Below are positions 29,511 through 40,067 of a stretch of 64,000 bases of DNA, piece by piece. Below the pieces are notes generated by a model. The model ran no database searches and had not been told where the DNA came from. It saw only the letters and a program-made list of their open reading frames with translations. The translations under genes were made by a program, and so were the position numbers. This stretch comes from an uncultured Candidatus Binatia bacterium (GTDB taxonomy: Bacteria > Desulfobacterota > Binatia > UBA9968 > CAXXLF01). Where the stretch lies: the NCBI GenBank assembly GCA_965218425.1, contig OZ244621.1:2944001-3008000 (forward strand), given 5' to 3'. Every line of letters begins with the position of its first letter. Position 1 is the stretch's first letter.

Positions 29511-30833
29511 TTGGTCCAAAAGTATTTTCTGATGGTTGCTGTTGCCGTTGTCTTGCTGGGTCTTGGTCCCTTTCAGCTTCAGGGCCAGGTCAGGGGATTG
29601 ATTGTTGGGCCGGGGGCCGAGCGGTTCCCCATAGCGGTTCCGCTGCCCAAAAATCTCGGGCCACAAATGAACGATGGAAAATACTCACGGGGAATGGCGG
29701 ATATTGTGGCTCGCGACTTGGAGCTCTCGGGATGGTTCAAGGTGCTGGATCGGTCGGCATACATTGAAGATTCGCGCCGGACGGGAACGGCATTGGGCCG
29801 TTTTGATTTTCGCGATTGGTCCACCATAGGGGCAGAAGCGTTGGTCAAGGGAGGATTCGAGGTAAGAGAAGAGAGCATCGTTGCGGAATTTCGGCTCTTT
29901 GATGTTTATCGTCGACGTCAGATCGTTGGGAAAAGATACACGGCAGAGATCAAGAATTTCCGCAGGATTGCACACAAGTTCGTTGACGAGATCATTTATC
30001 AATTCACCGGTGAGCGAGGAGTTTTTGACACGCGCATTGCCTATGTTTCCACGGGGGGCGGGCGATTTAAGGAAATCTATGTGGCCAACATGGATGGGAC
30101 GGAAAGAGTTCGGTTGACGAAAAATCGTACCATTAACCTCTCTCCTTCCTGGTCCCCCAACGGCCGTACGTTACTTTATACTTCATTCAAGGAAGGCAAG
30201 CCTAGGGTTTATCAGCGTGATCTCTACTCCGGCAAGGATTCGATGTTTTCCTCTCGTACAGGACTCAATCTGGGTGGTAGCTGGTCAGCCGATGGAAAAA
30301 CCATCGCCCTGTCCCTCGAACGTCGTGGCAACGTTGATGTTTACCTGCTGGATCGATCTGGAAGAATCGTGAAGAGGCTTACCAAAAATCCTGGAATCGA
30401 CGTGTCTCCTTCCTGGTCTCCCGAAGGGGACCGATTGGTTTTCGTTTCCAATCGCAACGGCAGCCCCCAACTTTATATTAAGGATCTTGCCAACGGAGAA
30501 ACCAAGCGCCTAACCTACGTGGGTGGGTATAACACCTCCCCCGAGTGGTCGGCCAAGGTGGATAAGATCGTCTATACAGGGCGGTCGGGTGGTCGCTTTA
30601 ATATATTTACCATCGATACAAAGGGTGGGGACCCAAAGATGTTGACTACGAATTCCGGTAATAATGAGGACCCATCCTGGTCACCTGATGGGAGGTACAT
30701 CGTCTTTAGCTCCAATAGGAATGGTCGATACAATCTTTACGTCATGCGAGCCACCGGGGAGAATCAACGAAGATTGACAGTTTCGCCAGGAGATGATACA
30801 AATCCTTCGTGGTCCCCTCGACGATTGGATTAG
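29511..30833 (+). CDS. tolB: TolB beta-propeller protein
   Basis: TRIAYV, repeated PD40 motifs (SPSWSP.G), N-terminal TolB domain. Confidence 0.93.
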   Translation: MVQKYFLMVAVAVVLLGLGPFQLQGQVRGLIVGPGAERFPIAVPLPKNLGPQMNDGKYSRGMADIVARDLELSGWFKVLDRSAYIEDSRRTGTALGRFDFRDWSTIGAEALVKGGFEVREESIVAEFRLFDVYRRRQIVGKRYTAEIKNFRRIAHKFVDEIIYQFTGERGVFDTRIAYVSTGGGRFKEIYVANMDGTERVRLTKNRTINLSPSWSPNGRTLLYTSFKEGKPRVYQRDLYSGKDSMFSSRTGLNLGGSWSADGKTIALSLERRGNVDVYLLDRSGRIVKRLTKNPGIDVSPSWSPEGDRLVFVSNRNGSPQLYIKDLANGETKRLTYVGGYNTSPEWSAKVDKIVYTGRSGGRFNIFTIDTKGGDPKMLTTNSGNNEDPSWSPDGRYIVFSSNRNGRYNLYVMRATGENQRRLTVSPGDDTNPSWSPRRLD

Positions 30834-30859
30834 GAGGTCACCAGGTTAAGGAGGAAACG

Positions 30860-31456
30860 ATGAGCATCCGGTGGGTCTCCCCTCTGAACAATCTTGTCCT
30901 AGCAAGCTTGGTCTTTCTGATGGGGTGCGCGCTCAACCCCGCAGGTAAGCCTTCGGCCTCGTCTCAGCAAGGCAGTGATGGGGGGCAAACTCAAAATTCT
31001 CCCACTGGCCTTCGAAGCGGTCAAGTGACAGAATCCGCACAGTCTTCCAGTCTTGAGGCTTTCCGTAAAGGTCAAGAGGTCCCCCCGGCCTCGCGCAGGA
31101 GTGCCTCCAGTCCTTTAAGGGATATTTACTTTGACTTCAATCGCTACTCCCTTCAGCCAGAGGCTCGTCAAACTCTAAAAGCCAATGCCAATTGGCTGAA
31201 GAATAATCCAACCAGGCGAATTGAAATTGAGGGCCACGCTGATGATCGGGGAACCAATGAATATAACCTGGCCCTTGGTGCTAACAGAGCGCAGGCGGCA
31301 AAAGACTACTTGGCCACTCTAGGGATCGCCTCAGATCGATTGTCGACCATAAGTTACGGCGAGGAGTTGCCGGTTTGCAAGGGGCAAGGGGAGTCGTGTT
31401 GGCAGAAGAACCGGCGCGCCCATTTCGTCATTTTTTCCTTAGGGCCCTCTTCCTGA
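30860..31456 (+). CDS. pal: Peptidoglycan-associated lipoprotein Pal
   Basis: Lipobox LMGC; IYFDF, IEGHADDRGTNEYNLALG, SYGEE, NRR. Confidence 0.93.
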   Translation: MSIRWVSPLNNLVLASLVFLMGCALNPAGKPSASSQQGSDGGQTQNSPTGLRSGQVTESAQSSSLEAFRKGQEVPPASRRSASSPLRDIYFDFNRYSLQPEARQTLKANANWLKNNPTRRIEIEGHADDRGTNEYNLALGANRAQAAKDYLATLGIASDRLSTISYGEELPVCKGQGESCWQKNRRAHFVIFSLGPSS

Positions 31457-31615
31457 CGTCATTGTCTACGTGAATCTCCATCGCGTGAACTTTCCGGGTC
31501 GTGTTTACCCGTACCACAGATCGCCCTATCCGTGAATGCGGGAAGGAACGTTGCGGGCAACTTGCAAGGGCAGTGCCACAATGCCACGGGCGTGAGCCCG
31601 TGGTACGGGGTTTAC

Positions 31616-32479
31616 ATGAACTGGCTCTCTCCCATTTTCATAATCATTACCGGTATGCTGCTGTGGGGATGTGTTACCCCACAAGAAATGATCCTTGTTG
31701 ACAGGGAACAACAGAAACTGAAGTTTGACGGCGTTCAATTCCGTAAGGACCTTGATGGGATCCGCACACACCTGGCCGATACACAGGCGACCCTTCAGGA
31801 AATCCAAGGCCAACTGAATGGGTTGACGGAGAAACAGGCGGAAGTGCGTTATCAGATGGATCGTCGGTTAAGCAATTCCGCTCGCGCGGGGGATGAAAAG
31901 GTCAAGGAGTTGGAAATTCTTGTAGCCGGGATGAACGATGAGATCAAGGCGCAGGGTATACTTCTGAAGGCTCGGGAAGAAGAGTTTAGTGTGCTACGAG
32001 AGGCGGTTCTGCGAGCCACAGGCGGGACGCCAGCATTGGCTCCTTTACGGACCACGAAGCCCGTTGCCACGGGGGTCAAACCCGCAGGGCCAAGTCAGGT
32101 GGACAATGGACGTTTTGCCTATGAGGAAGCCTGGAAGTCTCTAGAGCGAAAAAATTACCGGGAAGCAATTGCCCGATTAAATGAGTTTTTGAGGAATCAT
32201 CCACGGAGCGAATATGCCGACAACGCCCAGTATTGGATAGGGGAAAGCTACTACGCTTTAAGGGAATTCGATCAGGCCATTCTTGAATTTGACGCGGTTC
32301 GGCGAAAATACCCGGGTGGAGAAAAAGTGCCGGCTGCGCTGCTCAAGCAGGGCTTCGCCTTTGCGGAACTGGGAGATAAAGTCGACGCCCGTCTCATCCT
32401 CCAGGAGCTCATCGCCCGATACCCACAGTCAAAAGAGGCGGTGAAGGCAGAAGAAAAGGTAAAGGCCCTGGAATCGTAA
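31616..32479 (+). CDS. cpoB: Tol-pal system protein YbgF/CpoB
   Basis: Lipobox LWGC, coiled coil, TPR ADNAQYWIGESYY, KVPAALLK. Confidence 0.9.
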   Translation: MNWLSPIFIIITGMLLWGCVTPQEMILVDREQQKLKFDGVQFRKDLDGIRTHLADTQATLQEIQGQLNGLTEKQAEVRYQMDRRLSNSARAGDEKVKELEILVAGMNDEIKAQGILLKAREEEFSVLREAVLRATGGTPALAPLRTTKPVATGVKPAGPSQVDNGRFAYEEAWKSLERKNYREAIARLNEFLRNHPRSEYADNAQYWIGESYYALREFDQAILEFDAVRRKYPGGEKVPAALLKQGFAFAELGDKVDARLILQELIARYPQSKEAVKAEEKVKALES

Positions 32480-32816
32480 TTCCTCGAGGATCCTGAATCC
32501 CAACGTCCCGTCTCTTCAACAGCTTCCTGTTGGTAGTTGTCGGCAACTATCCATGGCGGAAGCCCCCTCGGCTCAAAGGCGAAGGTTTGCCTTACGGGGC
32601 GTTTGAAAATCAGGGCAACTCAAGGGAGTGTCCCCCTAGTGGGCAGGCACAGAGACCTGGAGGTTGTGTCCGGTTGCATGCCGGCCCGTCGGATACAGTC
32701 CCATGGGTCTCTCTGGGCCCGCGACGGTAAGCTTGGATAGAGCGAAGGGTGCGGCTAATTGGATTGCTGGGTGGTTCAATTGGTTAACGACTAGCGGAAT
32801 CATCGATGAAACGATC

Positions 32817-33773
32817 ATGGAGATCCTCCGCCATATAGAAAACCGTCCACTTGCGTTTCCCAGGCCCATATTGACCATGGGGAACTTTGACGGTCTTCAC
32901 TTGGGCCATCAATCCCTGTTGCGGCAGTTGTGTCAGGAAGCGAAAGATCTGGGTGGCTCTTCAGTGGTGCTCACTTTTGAGCCCCACCCTTTGAAAATCC
33001 TGGCACCCACACGAGCCCCCAAATTGTTGTTGACCCACAAAGACAAAATGCTTCTCCTCCAATCCAAGGGTGTGGATGTCGTGATTATTCAAGAGTTCAA
33101 TTCTGCCTTTGCAATGTTAGAGGCAGAGGCATTTGTCAGGCGTTATCTTGTGGAAGGGTTAAAGGTGCATCGGATCTGGGTGGGGAAGGGATTCCGGTTT
33201 GGCCGAGGAAGACGAGGAAACGTGGAAACCTTAACGGAATTTGGAAAGAAATGCGGATACGGAGTTAAGATCATTGAGCCCATCTTGGATGAAGGTCAAC
33301 GGATTAGCAGCACTCGCATTCGAGCACTCATTGAAGAGGGCCATGTCCATCAAGTCAACCGGTTTCTTGGGCGGTGTCATTTTGTCTCGGGCCGCGTGGT
33401 CAAAGGCCATCAGAGGGGAAAGGCCCTGGGTTTTCCCACAGCGAATATCTCCACACGCACTGAAGTGCTTCCACCAGATGGGGTCTATGCAACTTTTTTC
33501 TGGGTCCAGGGCCGTCGCTGGTCGAGCGTTACCAGCCTGGGGAGCAATCCCACCTTTGGAGACGGACCGCGGACCCTTGAAACCTATCTTTTCGATTTTG
33601 ATGGGGACCTTTATGATCAGTCGATTCGGTTGTCCTTTGTTAAACGAATTCGGCAACAGATGAAATTTTCCTCTCCCGAACTTCTTATTGCCCAGATGCA
33701 CGAGGACGTCCTACAGGCTCGGGAAGCCCTGGGGAGGGCGGAAGGCAGCGAATTGGCGGAGTTCGGAACTTAG
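32817..33773 (+). CDS. ribF: Bifunctional riboflavin kinase/FAD synthetase
   Basis: GNFDGLHLGHQ, TFEPHP, ISSTRIR, GFPTAN. Confidence 0.95.
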   Translation: MEILRHIENRPLAFPRPILTMGNFDGLHLGHQSLLRQLCQEAKDLGGSSVVLTFEPHPLKILAPTRAPKLLLTHKDKMLLLQSKGVDVVIIQEFNSAFAMLEAEAFVRRYLVEGLKVHRIWVGKGFRFGRGRRGNVETLTEFGKKCGYGVKIIEPILDEGQRISSTRIRALIEEGHVHQVNRFLGRCHFVSGRVVKGHQRGKALGFPTANISTRTEVLPPDGVYATFFWVQGRRWSSVTSLGSNPTFGDGPRTLETYLFDFDGDLYDQSIRLSFVKRIRQQMKFSSPELLIAQMHEDVLQAREALGRAEGSELAEFGT

Positions 33774-33959
33774 TTTCTCATCCACAAAGGCTCGACAGTC
33801 CGAATCCAAACATGTTTTCCCGTTCGCCAAGGCTTCGGGGAAGCCTCGGAAACCTTAGCGTGGGAGGATTGCACGCCAAGACTCCCCGGAGGACGGATCT
33901 GTCCTTGGCTGAACCGATGCCACAACGAGAAAAAGTAGGCGGATTACAGCATGGAGCAG

Positions 33960-34190
33960 GAAAATCTAAATTTGGAAAACCCAGGCTGAGCCGTGGACTT
34001 CTAACTGGTTGCTGTTTTGTAATCCCGTGTCCGAATTACTGCCTGGTGCCAGCTGCTAACTGCCAGATGGTTTTGTTTCGTGCCTTGCGTCTCTGCGGTT
34101 ATATTCTTAAAAGGATGTCTTTCTGTGTCCATCCGCGTAAATCTGCGGTTAATAGCTTTTTTGAGGCTTTGCGCCTTTGCGCGAGGGGAA
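33960..34190. repeat. Intergenic mosaic of 7-bp and ~9-bp tandem repeats
   Basis: actgcct-ggtgcca-gctgcta-actgcca; atccgcgtaaatctgcggttaa; ctttgcgcctttgcgcgag. Confidence 0.6.
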
Positions 34191-34218
34191 AATCTCGAAT
34201 ATCTTTGGTTACAATTAT

Positions 34219-35334
34219 ATGACCACCCATGGCGCCATAGTGCGAGACGAATACGCTGGGATGCGATTGGATACTTTCCTGGCGCAACGTTATCTCGACT
34301 CCGGGGAAGGGCCCTCGTTAATGGAACTTCACACTCAAGGAGATGACGACATTTCCATTGGTCCGGTGCCGGACGAGGTGGGCCCCTCATTAGATTTAAG
34401 CCGGTCTGCCGTGCAAAAACTCATTGCGGGAGGACAGGTGACCATCAATGGCCACAGGACCAAGGCTAGCGCACGACTGAAGTCGGGTGATCGTGTGGAG
34501 GTTAATTGGAATCCGCCTGTACCCTCGAAGGTCGGTCCTGAACCTCTCAATGTCCCAATTCTCCATGAGGATGAGGATCTCATCGTCGTCAATAAGCCCC
34601 CGGGAATGGTGGTTCATCCGGCCGCCGGCAATCCTCGGGGTACTTTGGTCAACGCCCTTCTTCATCACTGTCCCAATCTGCCGGGGATCGGAGGAGAACG
34701 ACGCCCCGGAATTGTCCACAGGTTGGACAAGGAAACCTCGGGCGTCATGGTAGTTGCCAAGCATGAAAAACCGTTCCGTCACCTCTCGCTCCAGTTTAAA
34801 GATCGGCGAGTCACTAAGGAGTATTCCGCCTTTGTATGGGGTCGGGTGGACCAAGAAGAGGGAGTCATTGATCGTCCCATAGGCCGACATCGTAGCGATC
34901 GCAAGAGGATGTCCAGCTTGCACTCACTCCCCCATTCGAGAAGCGCGGTGACGGAATGGGAGGTGGAAAATTCCTTTGGCCTGCCCTCTTCACGGGGTCC
35001 ACTGGTTTGGGTGACGTGGCTGCGCGTAAGACCCCATACCGGACGAACCCATCAGATTCGGGTGCATCTGGCGGATCAAGGGCTCCCTGTGGTAAGGGAC
35101 AAGGTCTATGGCAGGAACAAACAGGGGACTCTAAAAGATGACGACACAGCCATTGCCAGGATCGCTAATTTTCCACGACAGGCGCTCCATGCTGAAAGAC
35201 TCAGTTTGATCCATCCGAGAACGGAGCGTTCGCAGGTATTCACAGCTCCCTGGTTTGAGGATATGAAAGATCTATGCGAAATTTTGAAACAACGTTGCGT
35301 TGAAAAAACAATGGAAAAATACTACAAGGGTTGA
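34219..35334 (+). CDS. rluD: RluA/RluD-family 23S rRNA pseudouridine synthase
   Basis: S4-like RLD..LA, VNKPPGMVVHP, GIVHRLDKETSG, TGRTHQIRVH, RQALHA. Confidence 0.92.
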   Translation: MTTHGAIVRDEYAGMRLDTFLAQRYLDSGEGPSLMELHTQGDDDISIGPVPDEVGPSLDLSRSAVQKLIAGGQVTINGHRTKASARLKSGDRVEVNWNPPVPSKVGPEPLNVPILHEDEDLIVVNKPPGMVVHPAAGNPRGTLVNALLHHCPNLPGIGGERRPGIVHRLDKETSGVMVVAKHEKPFRHLSLQFKDRRVTKEYSAFVWGRVDQEEGVIDRPIGRHRSDRKRMSSLHSLPHSRSAVTEWEVENSFGLPSSRGPLVWVTWLRVRPHTGRTHQIRVHLADQGLPVVRDKVYGRNKQGTLKDDDTAIARIANFPRQALHAERLSLIHPRTERSQVFTAPWFEDMKDLCEILKQRCVEKTMEKYYKG

Positions 35335-35359
35335 CAAGGAGTTTGATTTTTCCTAAGGT
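35331..35359 (+). promoter_or_regulatory. Putative sigma70 promoter of rho
   Basis: TTGACA-N17-TAAGGT overlapping the rluD stop, about 400 nt upstream of the rho ATG. Confidence 0.55.
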
Positions 35360-35760
35360 GAATTTTATCGCCCATTCCGTGGAATTAATCCCGCATAAAA
35401 ATTATCATCACAGGTTCCGACATTTATATTTGATTTAAGTATTAGAATAAAGATTCACGTCCGGAACAGAATTCTTGTTGATATGAGATGCCGCAACTGC
35501 CCCAAGGCTTCCTGCTAGACGATTAAGGTTGTCGTAAAATTCTTCGGGATCGTGCATCAATTTGACTCAATTTGTTGGCGGCACAAGAGTTCCGGGGCGG
35601 TTTAGACGGGTTAGGAGATTCACCCCGCCCCCTTTTTCTATAGGTCCAGCGCGAGTATGGGGATGAAATCCAGCCAAATTCCATTTTGAGAAACGCGTTT
35701 CCTATCCAAGATTAAATTGTTACGAGGTGTACATTGAGAGGTGAAAAGAGAGGTGTTTCC

Positions 35761-37059
35761 ATGGCCAGTGCGAGAAGCCGAGCCGAATCGGAGATCACGG
35801 AACAAAACGGATTGAATCTGACTTTCCTCAAAGGGAAGAAAATCAGTGAATTAGCGCAGATCGGAAAGACCTTTAGTATCGATGGCGCCGCCAACATGCG
35901 CAGGCAAGAACTCATCTTCGCCATCCTTCAAGCGCAGACCGAGAAAAACGGGTTCATATGTGGCGAGGGGGTGCTTGAGACACTTCCTGACGGCTTCGGT
36001 TTTCTACGTGCTCCCGACTATAACTATCTCCCGGGCCCTGATGACATCTATGTGTCTCCCAGTCAGATCCGACGCTTTGGTCTTCGCACCGGGGATATTA
36101 TTTCCGGTCAGATTCGACCTCCTAAAGAAGGGGAGCGGTACTTCGCCTTGCTCAAGGTTGAATCCATCAACTACGAAGATCCCGACAAGGCACGGGAGAA
36201 GATCTTATTCGACAACCTCATTCCTTTGTATCCGGATGCTCGGTTGCAGCTGGAATATGTTCCGGACGAATACACGACCCGCATCACGGACCTGTTGACC
36301 CCCATTGGGAAGGGACAAAGGGGCCTGATTGTGGCAGCCCCTAGAACCGGCAAGACGATGATGTTGCAAAACCTTGCCAAGGCCATTGCCATCAACCACG
36401 AAGAGGTGGCTCTCATCGTCCTGCTGATTGACGAGCGTCCTGAAGAAGTGACCGATATGCAGCGTTCCGTGAAAGGCGAGGTGGTGAGTTCCACATTCGA
36501 TGAACCGGCCACACGGCATGTACAGGTTGCTGAAATGGTGATTGAGAAAGCCAAGCGCCTGGTGGAACATGGACGTGACGTTGTGGTCCTCTTGGACAGC
36601 ATCACACGCCTTGCCAGGGCCTACAACACAGTGGTCCCACCAAGCGGGAAAATCCTATCCGGCGGAGTGGACTCCAACGCATTGCATAAGCCGAAAAAGT
36701 TTTTTGGCGCGGCCCGAAATATAGAGGATGGGGGGAGCCTCACCATTATTGCTACCGCGCTTATCGATACAGGGAGCCGCATGGATGAGGTGATTTTTGA
36801 AGAGTTTAAAGGGACAGGTAACATGGAGCTGCATTTGGACCGCCGACTCATGGACAAACGGGTATTTCCCGCATTGGATATCAACAAGTCGGGAACCAGG
36901 AAAGAAGAACTCCTAATTTCACGGGAAGATCTCAATCGAATCTGGATCCTGCGCAAGGTTTTGTCTCAGCTAAGCGTAGTAGAAGCCATGGAGTTCTTGT
37001 TGGACAAGATCAGGGGGACCAAAAATAACAAGGAGTTCCTCGATGCCATGAATCAATGA
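35761..37059 (+). CDS. rho: Transcription termination factor Rho
   Basis: [54 protein letters not shown]. Confidence 0.98.
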   Translation: MASARSRAESEITEQNGLNLTFLKGKKISELAQIGKTFSIDGAANMRRQELIFAILQAQTEKNGFICGEGVLETLPDGFGFLRAPDYNYLPGPDDIYVSPSQIRRFGLRTGDIISGQIRPPKEGERYFALLKVESINYEDPDKAREKILFDNLIPLYPDARLQLEYVPDEYTTRITDLLTPIGKGQRGLIVAAPRTGKTMMLQNLAKAIAINHEEVALIVLLIDERPEEVTDMQRSVKGEVVSSTFDEPATRHVQVAEMVIEKAKRLVEHGRDVVVLLDSITRLARAYNTVVPPSGKILSGGVDSNALHKPKKFFGAARNIEDGGSLTIIATALIDTGSRMDEVIFEEFKGTGNMELHLDRRLMDKRVFPALDINKSGTRKEELLISREDLNRIWILRKVLSQLSVVEAMEFLLDKIRGTKNNKEFLDAMNQ

Positions 37060-37310
37060 GCCCCCCTTACCCTTCCGACCCGCTCAAATCCCCGATACCT
37101 CTTGCAGCAGCATCCAATTTTTGCTAAAAGCCCAACATCGCTGAGTTTTTTCCTTCCCCCGGTAAGGGGGCAAGAGCCTATTGTAATTCCAGGCCGTGCA
37201 GCGCTTAGACATGCGGTTGGCGGGCCCTCGCCACCCCTCCCATGGCCACGGATGGATAGAAAAATAGAAAAGAAGGGAGATTAACCTAGGACAATGAAGG
37301 GTTGGAATTT

Positions 37311-38114
37311 ATGACTGAAGTTTCTATGAAGCTGCTTTTGGAGGCCGGGGTTCATTTCGGACACCAGACGAGTCGTTGGAACCCTAAAATGAAACCCTAC
37401 ATCTTTGGGGCCCGTAATGGGATTCATATCGTTGATCTGCAGCAAACCGTAAAGATGTTTTACGATGTGTATGGCTTTGTCCGTGATATGGCCGCCACAG
37501 GAGGGCAGATCCTGTTTGTAGGCACCAAAACACAAGCCCAGGATGCCATCAAAGAAGAAGCCTCACGCTGTGGTATGCATTATGTCTATCACCGGTGGCT
37601 CGGAGGTACTCTCACGAATTTTCAAACCCTACGACAGAGCATCGAACGGCTCAAGAAAATCACTGAGATGGAAAGTGACTCTAAAATTATTGACGCTTTG
37701 ACGAAAAAAGAGTTGTTGGGTCTCAGCCGGGAAAAGGAAAAGTTAGAACGGTTCCTAGGGGGAATCAAAGGCATAAAGAAACTGCCAGACGCCATTTTTG
37801 TCATTGATCCAAAGCAGGAAGCAATCGCGGTTCGAGAGGCGAGAAAGTTGGGGATTCCCGTGGTTGCCGTCATTGACACGGATTGCGATCCGGATTTGGT
37901 GGATTACAAAGTGCCGGGTAACGATGATGCCATTCGCGCCATCCGCCTCTTTTGTAGTGCGGTGGCTGACGCTGTGAACGAGGGAAAAACCATATACGAG
38001 CAAGCCACAGCGGCCCAGGAAAAGGGAGAGACCTCGGAGCAGGCACCCGCGCCCGACCCTCGGCCTGTGGAGGCCCAAACCAGCGAGATTCCAGTGGTGG
38101 GGAAGAGTCAGTAA
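37311..38114 (+). CDS. rpsB: 30S ribosomal protein S2
   Basis: [36 protein letters not shown]. Confidence 0.98.
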   Translation: MTEVSMKLLLEAGVHFGHQTSRWNPKMKPYIFGARNGIHIVDLQQTVKMFYDVYGFVRDMAATGGQILFVGTKTQAQDAIKEEASRCGMHYVYHRWLGGTLTNFQTLRQSIERLKKITEMESDSKIIDALTKKELLGLSREKEKLERFLGGIKGIKKLPDAIFVIDPKQEAIAVREARKLGIPVVAVIDTDCDPDLVDYKVPGNDDAIRAIRLFCSAVADAVNEGKTIYEQATAAQEKGETSEQAPAPDPRPVEAQTSEIPVVGKSQ

Positions 38115-38116
38115 AG

Positions 38117-38722
38117 ATGGAGATCAGCGCTGCATCGGTGAGAGAGCTTCGGGAAAAGACCGGGGCCGGCATGATGGATTGCAAGAAGGCCCTGTTAGAA
38201 TCGGCGGGAGATATGGAGAAGGCAGTGGACCATCTGCGTCAGAAGGGTCTCGCGCTGGCATCTCGGAAAGAGGGAAGGGTAGCCGCTGAGGGTTTGGTGG
38301 GTTCTTACATCCACGGGGGAGGTAAAATCGGAGTCTTGGTTGAGCTCAATTGCGAAACGGACTTCGTGGCTCGTACTCCTGAGTTCCAAAATCTTCTAAA
38401 GGATGTGGCGATGCAGATCGCCGCTGCCAATCCAAAGTATATTCGCCGGGAAGACGTACCAGGGGATGAGCTGGAGCGAGAGCGCCAAATCTTTGACCAG
38501 CAAGCGATTGAGTCGGGTAAGCCGGAAAAAGTCGTGGGCAAGATCGTGGATGGGAAGATAGAACGCTTCTATTCTGAGGTTTGCCTCCTGGAGCAGGAAT
38601 ATATCAAGGATCCTGACCGACGGGTGGGGGATCTCATCAAGGATATCGTGGCCCGGCTGGGTGAGAATGTTCAGGTGAGGCGGTTCACGCGCTTCCACAT
38701 CGGGGAAGGGGTCCCGGGGTAA
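38117..38722 (+). CDS. tsf: Elongation factor Ts (short form)
   Basis: [26 protein letters not shown]; 201 aa. Confidence 0.97.
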   Translation: MEISAASVRELREKTGAGMMDCKKALLESAGDMEKAVDHLRQKGLALASRKEGRVAAEGLVGSYIHGGGKIGVLVELNCETDFVARTPEFQNLLKDVAMQIAAANPKYIRREDVPGDELERERQIFDQQAIESGKPEKVVGKIVDGKIERFYSEVCLLEQEYIKDPDRRVGDLIKDIVARLGENVQVRRFTRFHIGEGVPG

Positions 38723-38745
38723 TCGTCAAATCGAGCGGAGCATCG

Positions 38746-39477
38746 ATGGGCAGTAGGAGCCTCAAGTATAAGCGTGTTATTTTAAAGGTTACTGGAGAGG
38801 TTCTTGCCGGGGTACAAAAGCATGGAATTGACGGCTCCACCCTACGCGACTTTGCCAAAGAGATTAAAGAGGTCCATGAGCTGGGATGTGAGATAGCCCT
38901 GGTCATGGGAGGGGGAAACATCCTGCGCGGCGCCAAAGCGAGCGAGGAGGGGATGGATCGCGCCAGCGCCGACTACATGGGGATGTTGGCGACGGTTATT
39001 AATAGTCTGGCCCTACAGGACGCGCTGGAGAAAATTGATGTCTCAACCCGTGTGATGTCCGCCATCGAGATGCGCCAGGTGGCCGAACCCTACATTCGTC
39101 GACGGGCGGTGCGCCACATCGAAAAGCGTCGAGTTGTCATTCTTGCCGGAGGAACCGGTAATCCTTATTTCACTACCGACACAACAGCAAGCCTTCGTGC
39201 CATGGAGGTGGGGGCAGAAGTGATTCTCAAAGCAACCAAGGTTCAAGGGGTCTATGACGCGGACCCGTTGAAGACTACTCAAGCCAAGATGTACAGCGAA
39301 GTGAGTCATATGGAGTTGCTGAGAAAAGAGTTGAAGGTCATGGATGCCACCGCCGTATCCCTGTGCATGGACAATCAACTACCCATCGTGGTCTTTAATA
39401 TTCTGGAAAAGGGGAATATCAAAAGGGTCATCTCAGGTGACGCTATCGGGACCCTTGTGACCATGGAGAACAGATGA
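38746..39477 (+). CDS. pyrH: UMP kinase
   Basis: [24 protein letters not shown]. Confidence 0.97.
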   Translation: MGSRSLKYKRVILKVTGEVLAGVQKHGIDGSTLRDFAKEIKEVHELGCEIALVMGGGNILRGAKASEEGMDRASADYMGMLATVINSLALQDALEKIDVSTRVMSAIEMRQVAEPYIRRRAVRHIEKRRVVILAGGTGNPYFTTDTTASLRAMEVGAEVILKATKVQGVYDADPLKTTQAKMYSEVSHMELLRKELKVMDATAVSLCMDNQLPIVVFNILEKGNIKRVISGDAIGTLVTMENR

Positions 39478-40031
39478 ACGAACCCTTTTTTGCCGATCTG
39501 CAAAAAGAATTCGATAAAACGGTGACTGCTTTCCGCAAGGATCTCGCGAAGGTGCGCACTGGGCGGGCTTCCACAGCCCTGCTCGAGGGAATGATAGTGG
39601 ACTACTATGGAACGCCAACACCCTTGAATCAACTGGGCAACCTCTCGGTCCCTGAACCTCGCCTTTTGGTAATTCAAGCCTACGATCAATCTGCCATGGG
39701 CAACATTGAGAAGGCAATCCTCAAAGCGGATTTGGGGTTGAACCCCAATAATGATGGCAAGGTGATTCGTATCCCCGTTCCCGAATTGAGTGAGGAACGG
39801 AGGAAAGAACTGGTCAAGCACGTCAAAAAGGTTGCCGAGGAATTCCGAGTCTCCGTGCGCAACCATCGACGCGTCATGATCGACAAGATCAAGGACATGC
39901 AAAAGAGCAAAGAAATTACTGAGGACGATCTCAAGCATAGCCAGGAACGAATTCAGAAGTTGACGGACGACTTTATCGGCCGCATCGACAAGGTGCTCAA
40001 GAGCAAAGAAGACGAGATAATGGAGGTTTGA
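39474..40031 (+). CDS. frr: Ribosome recycling factor
   Basis: [22 protein letters not shown]. Confidence 0.97.
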   Translation: MNEPFFADLQKEFDKTVTAFRKDLAKVRTGRASTALLEGMIVDYYGTPTPLNQLGNLSVPEPRLLVIQAYDQSAMGNIEKAILKADLGLNPNNDGKVIRIPVPELSEERRKELVKHVKKVAEEFRVSVRNHRRVMIDKIKDMQKSKEITEDDLKHSQERIQKLTDDFIGRIDKVLKSKEDEIMEV

Positions 40032-40067
40032 TCCTCCAAGCTTCCTTCCCACCTTTCCACATACAAA

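Noticed and set aside
32525..32600. GGCAAACC...GTTGCCGA on the minus strand suggested a c-di-GMP-I riboswitch
   Set aside because: No GAAA tetraloop arm or GACGCAAA core, and no gene downstream in that orientation
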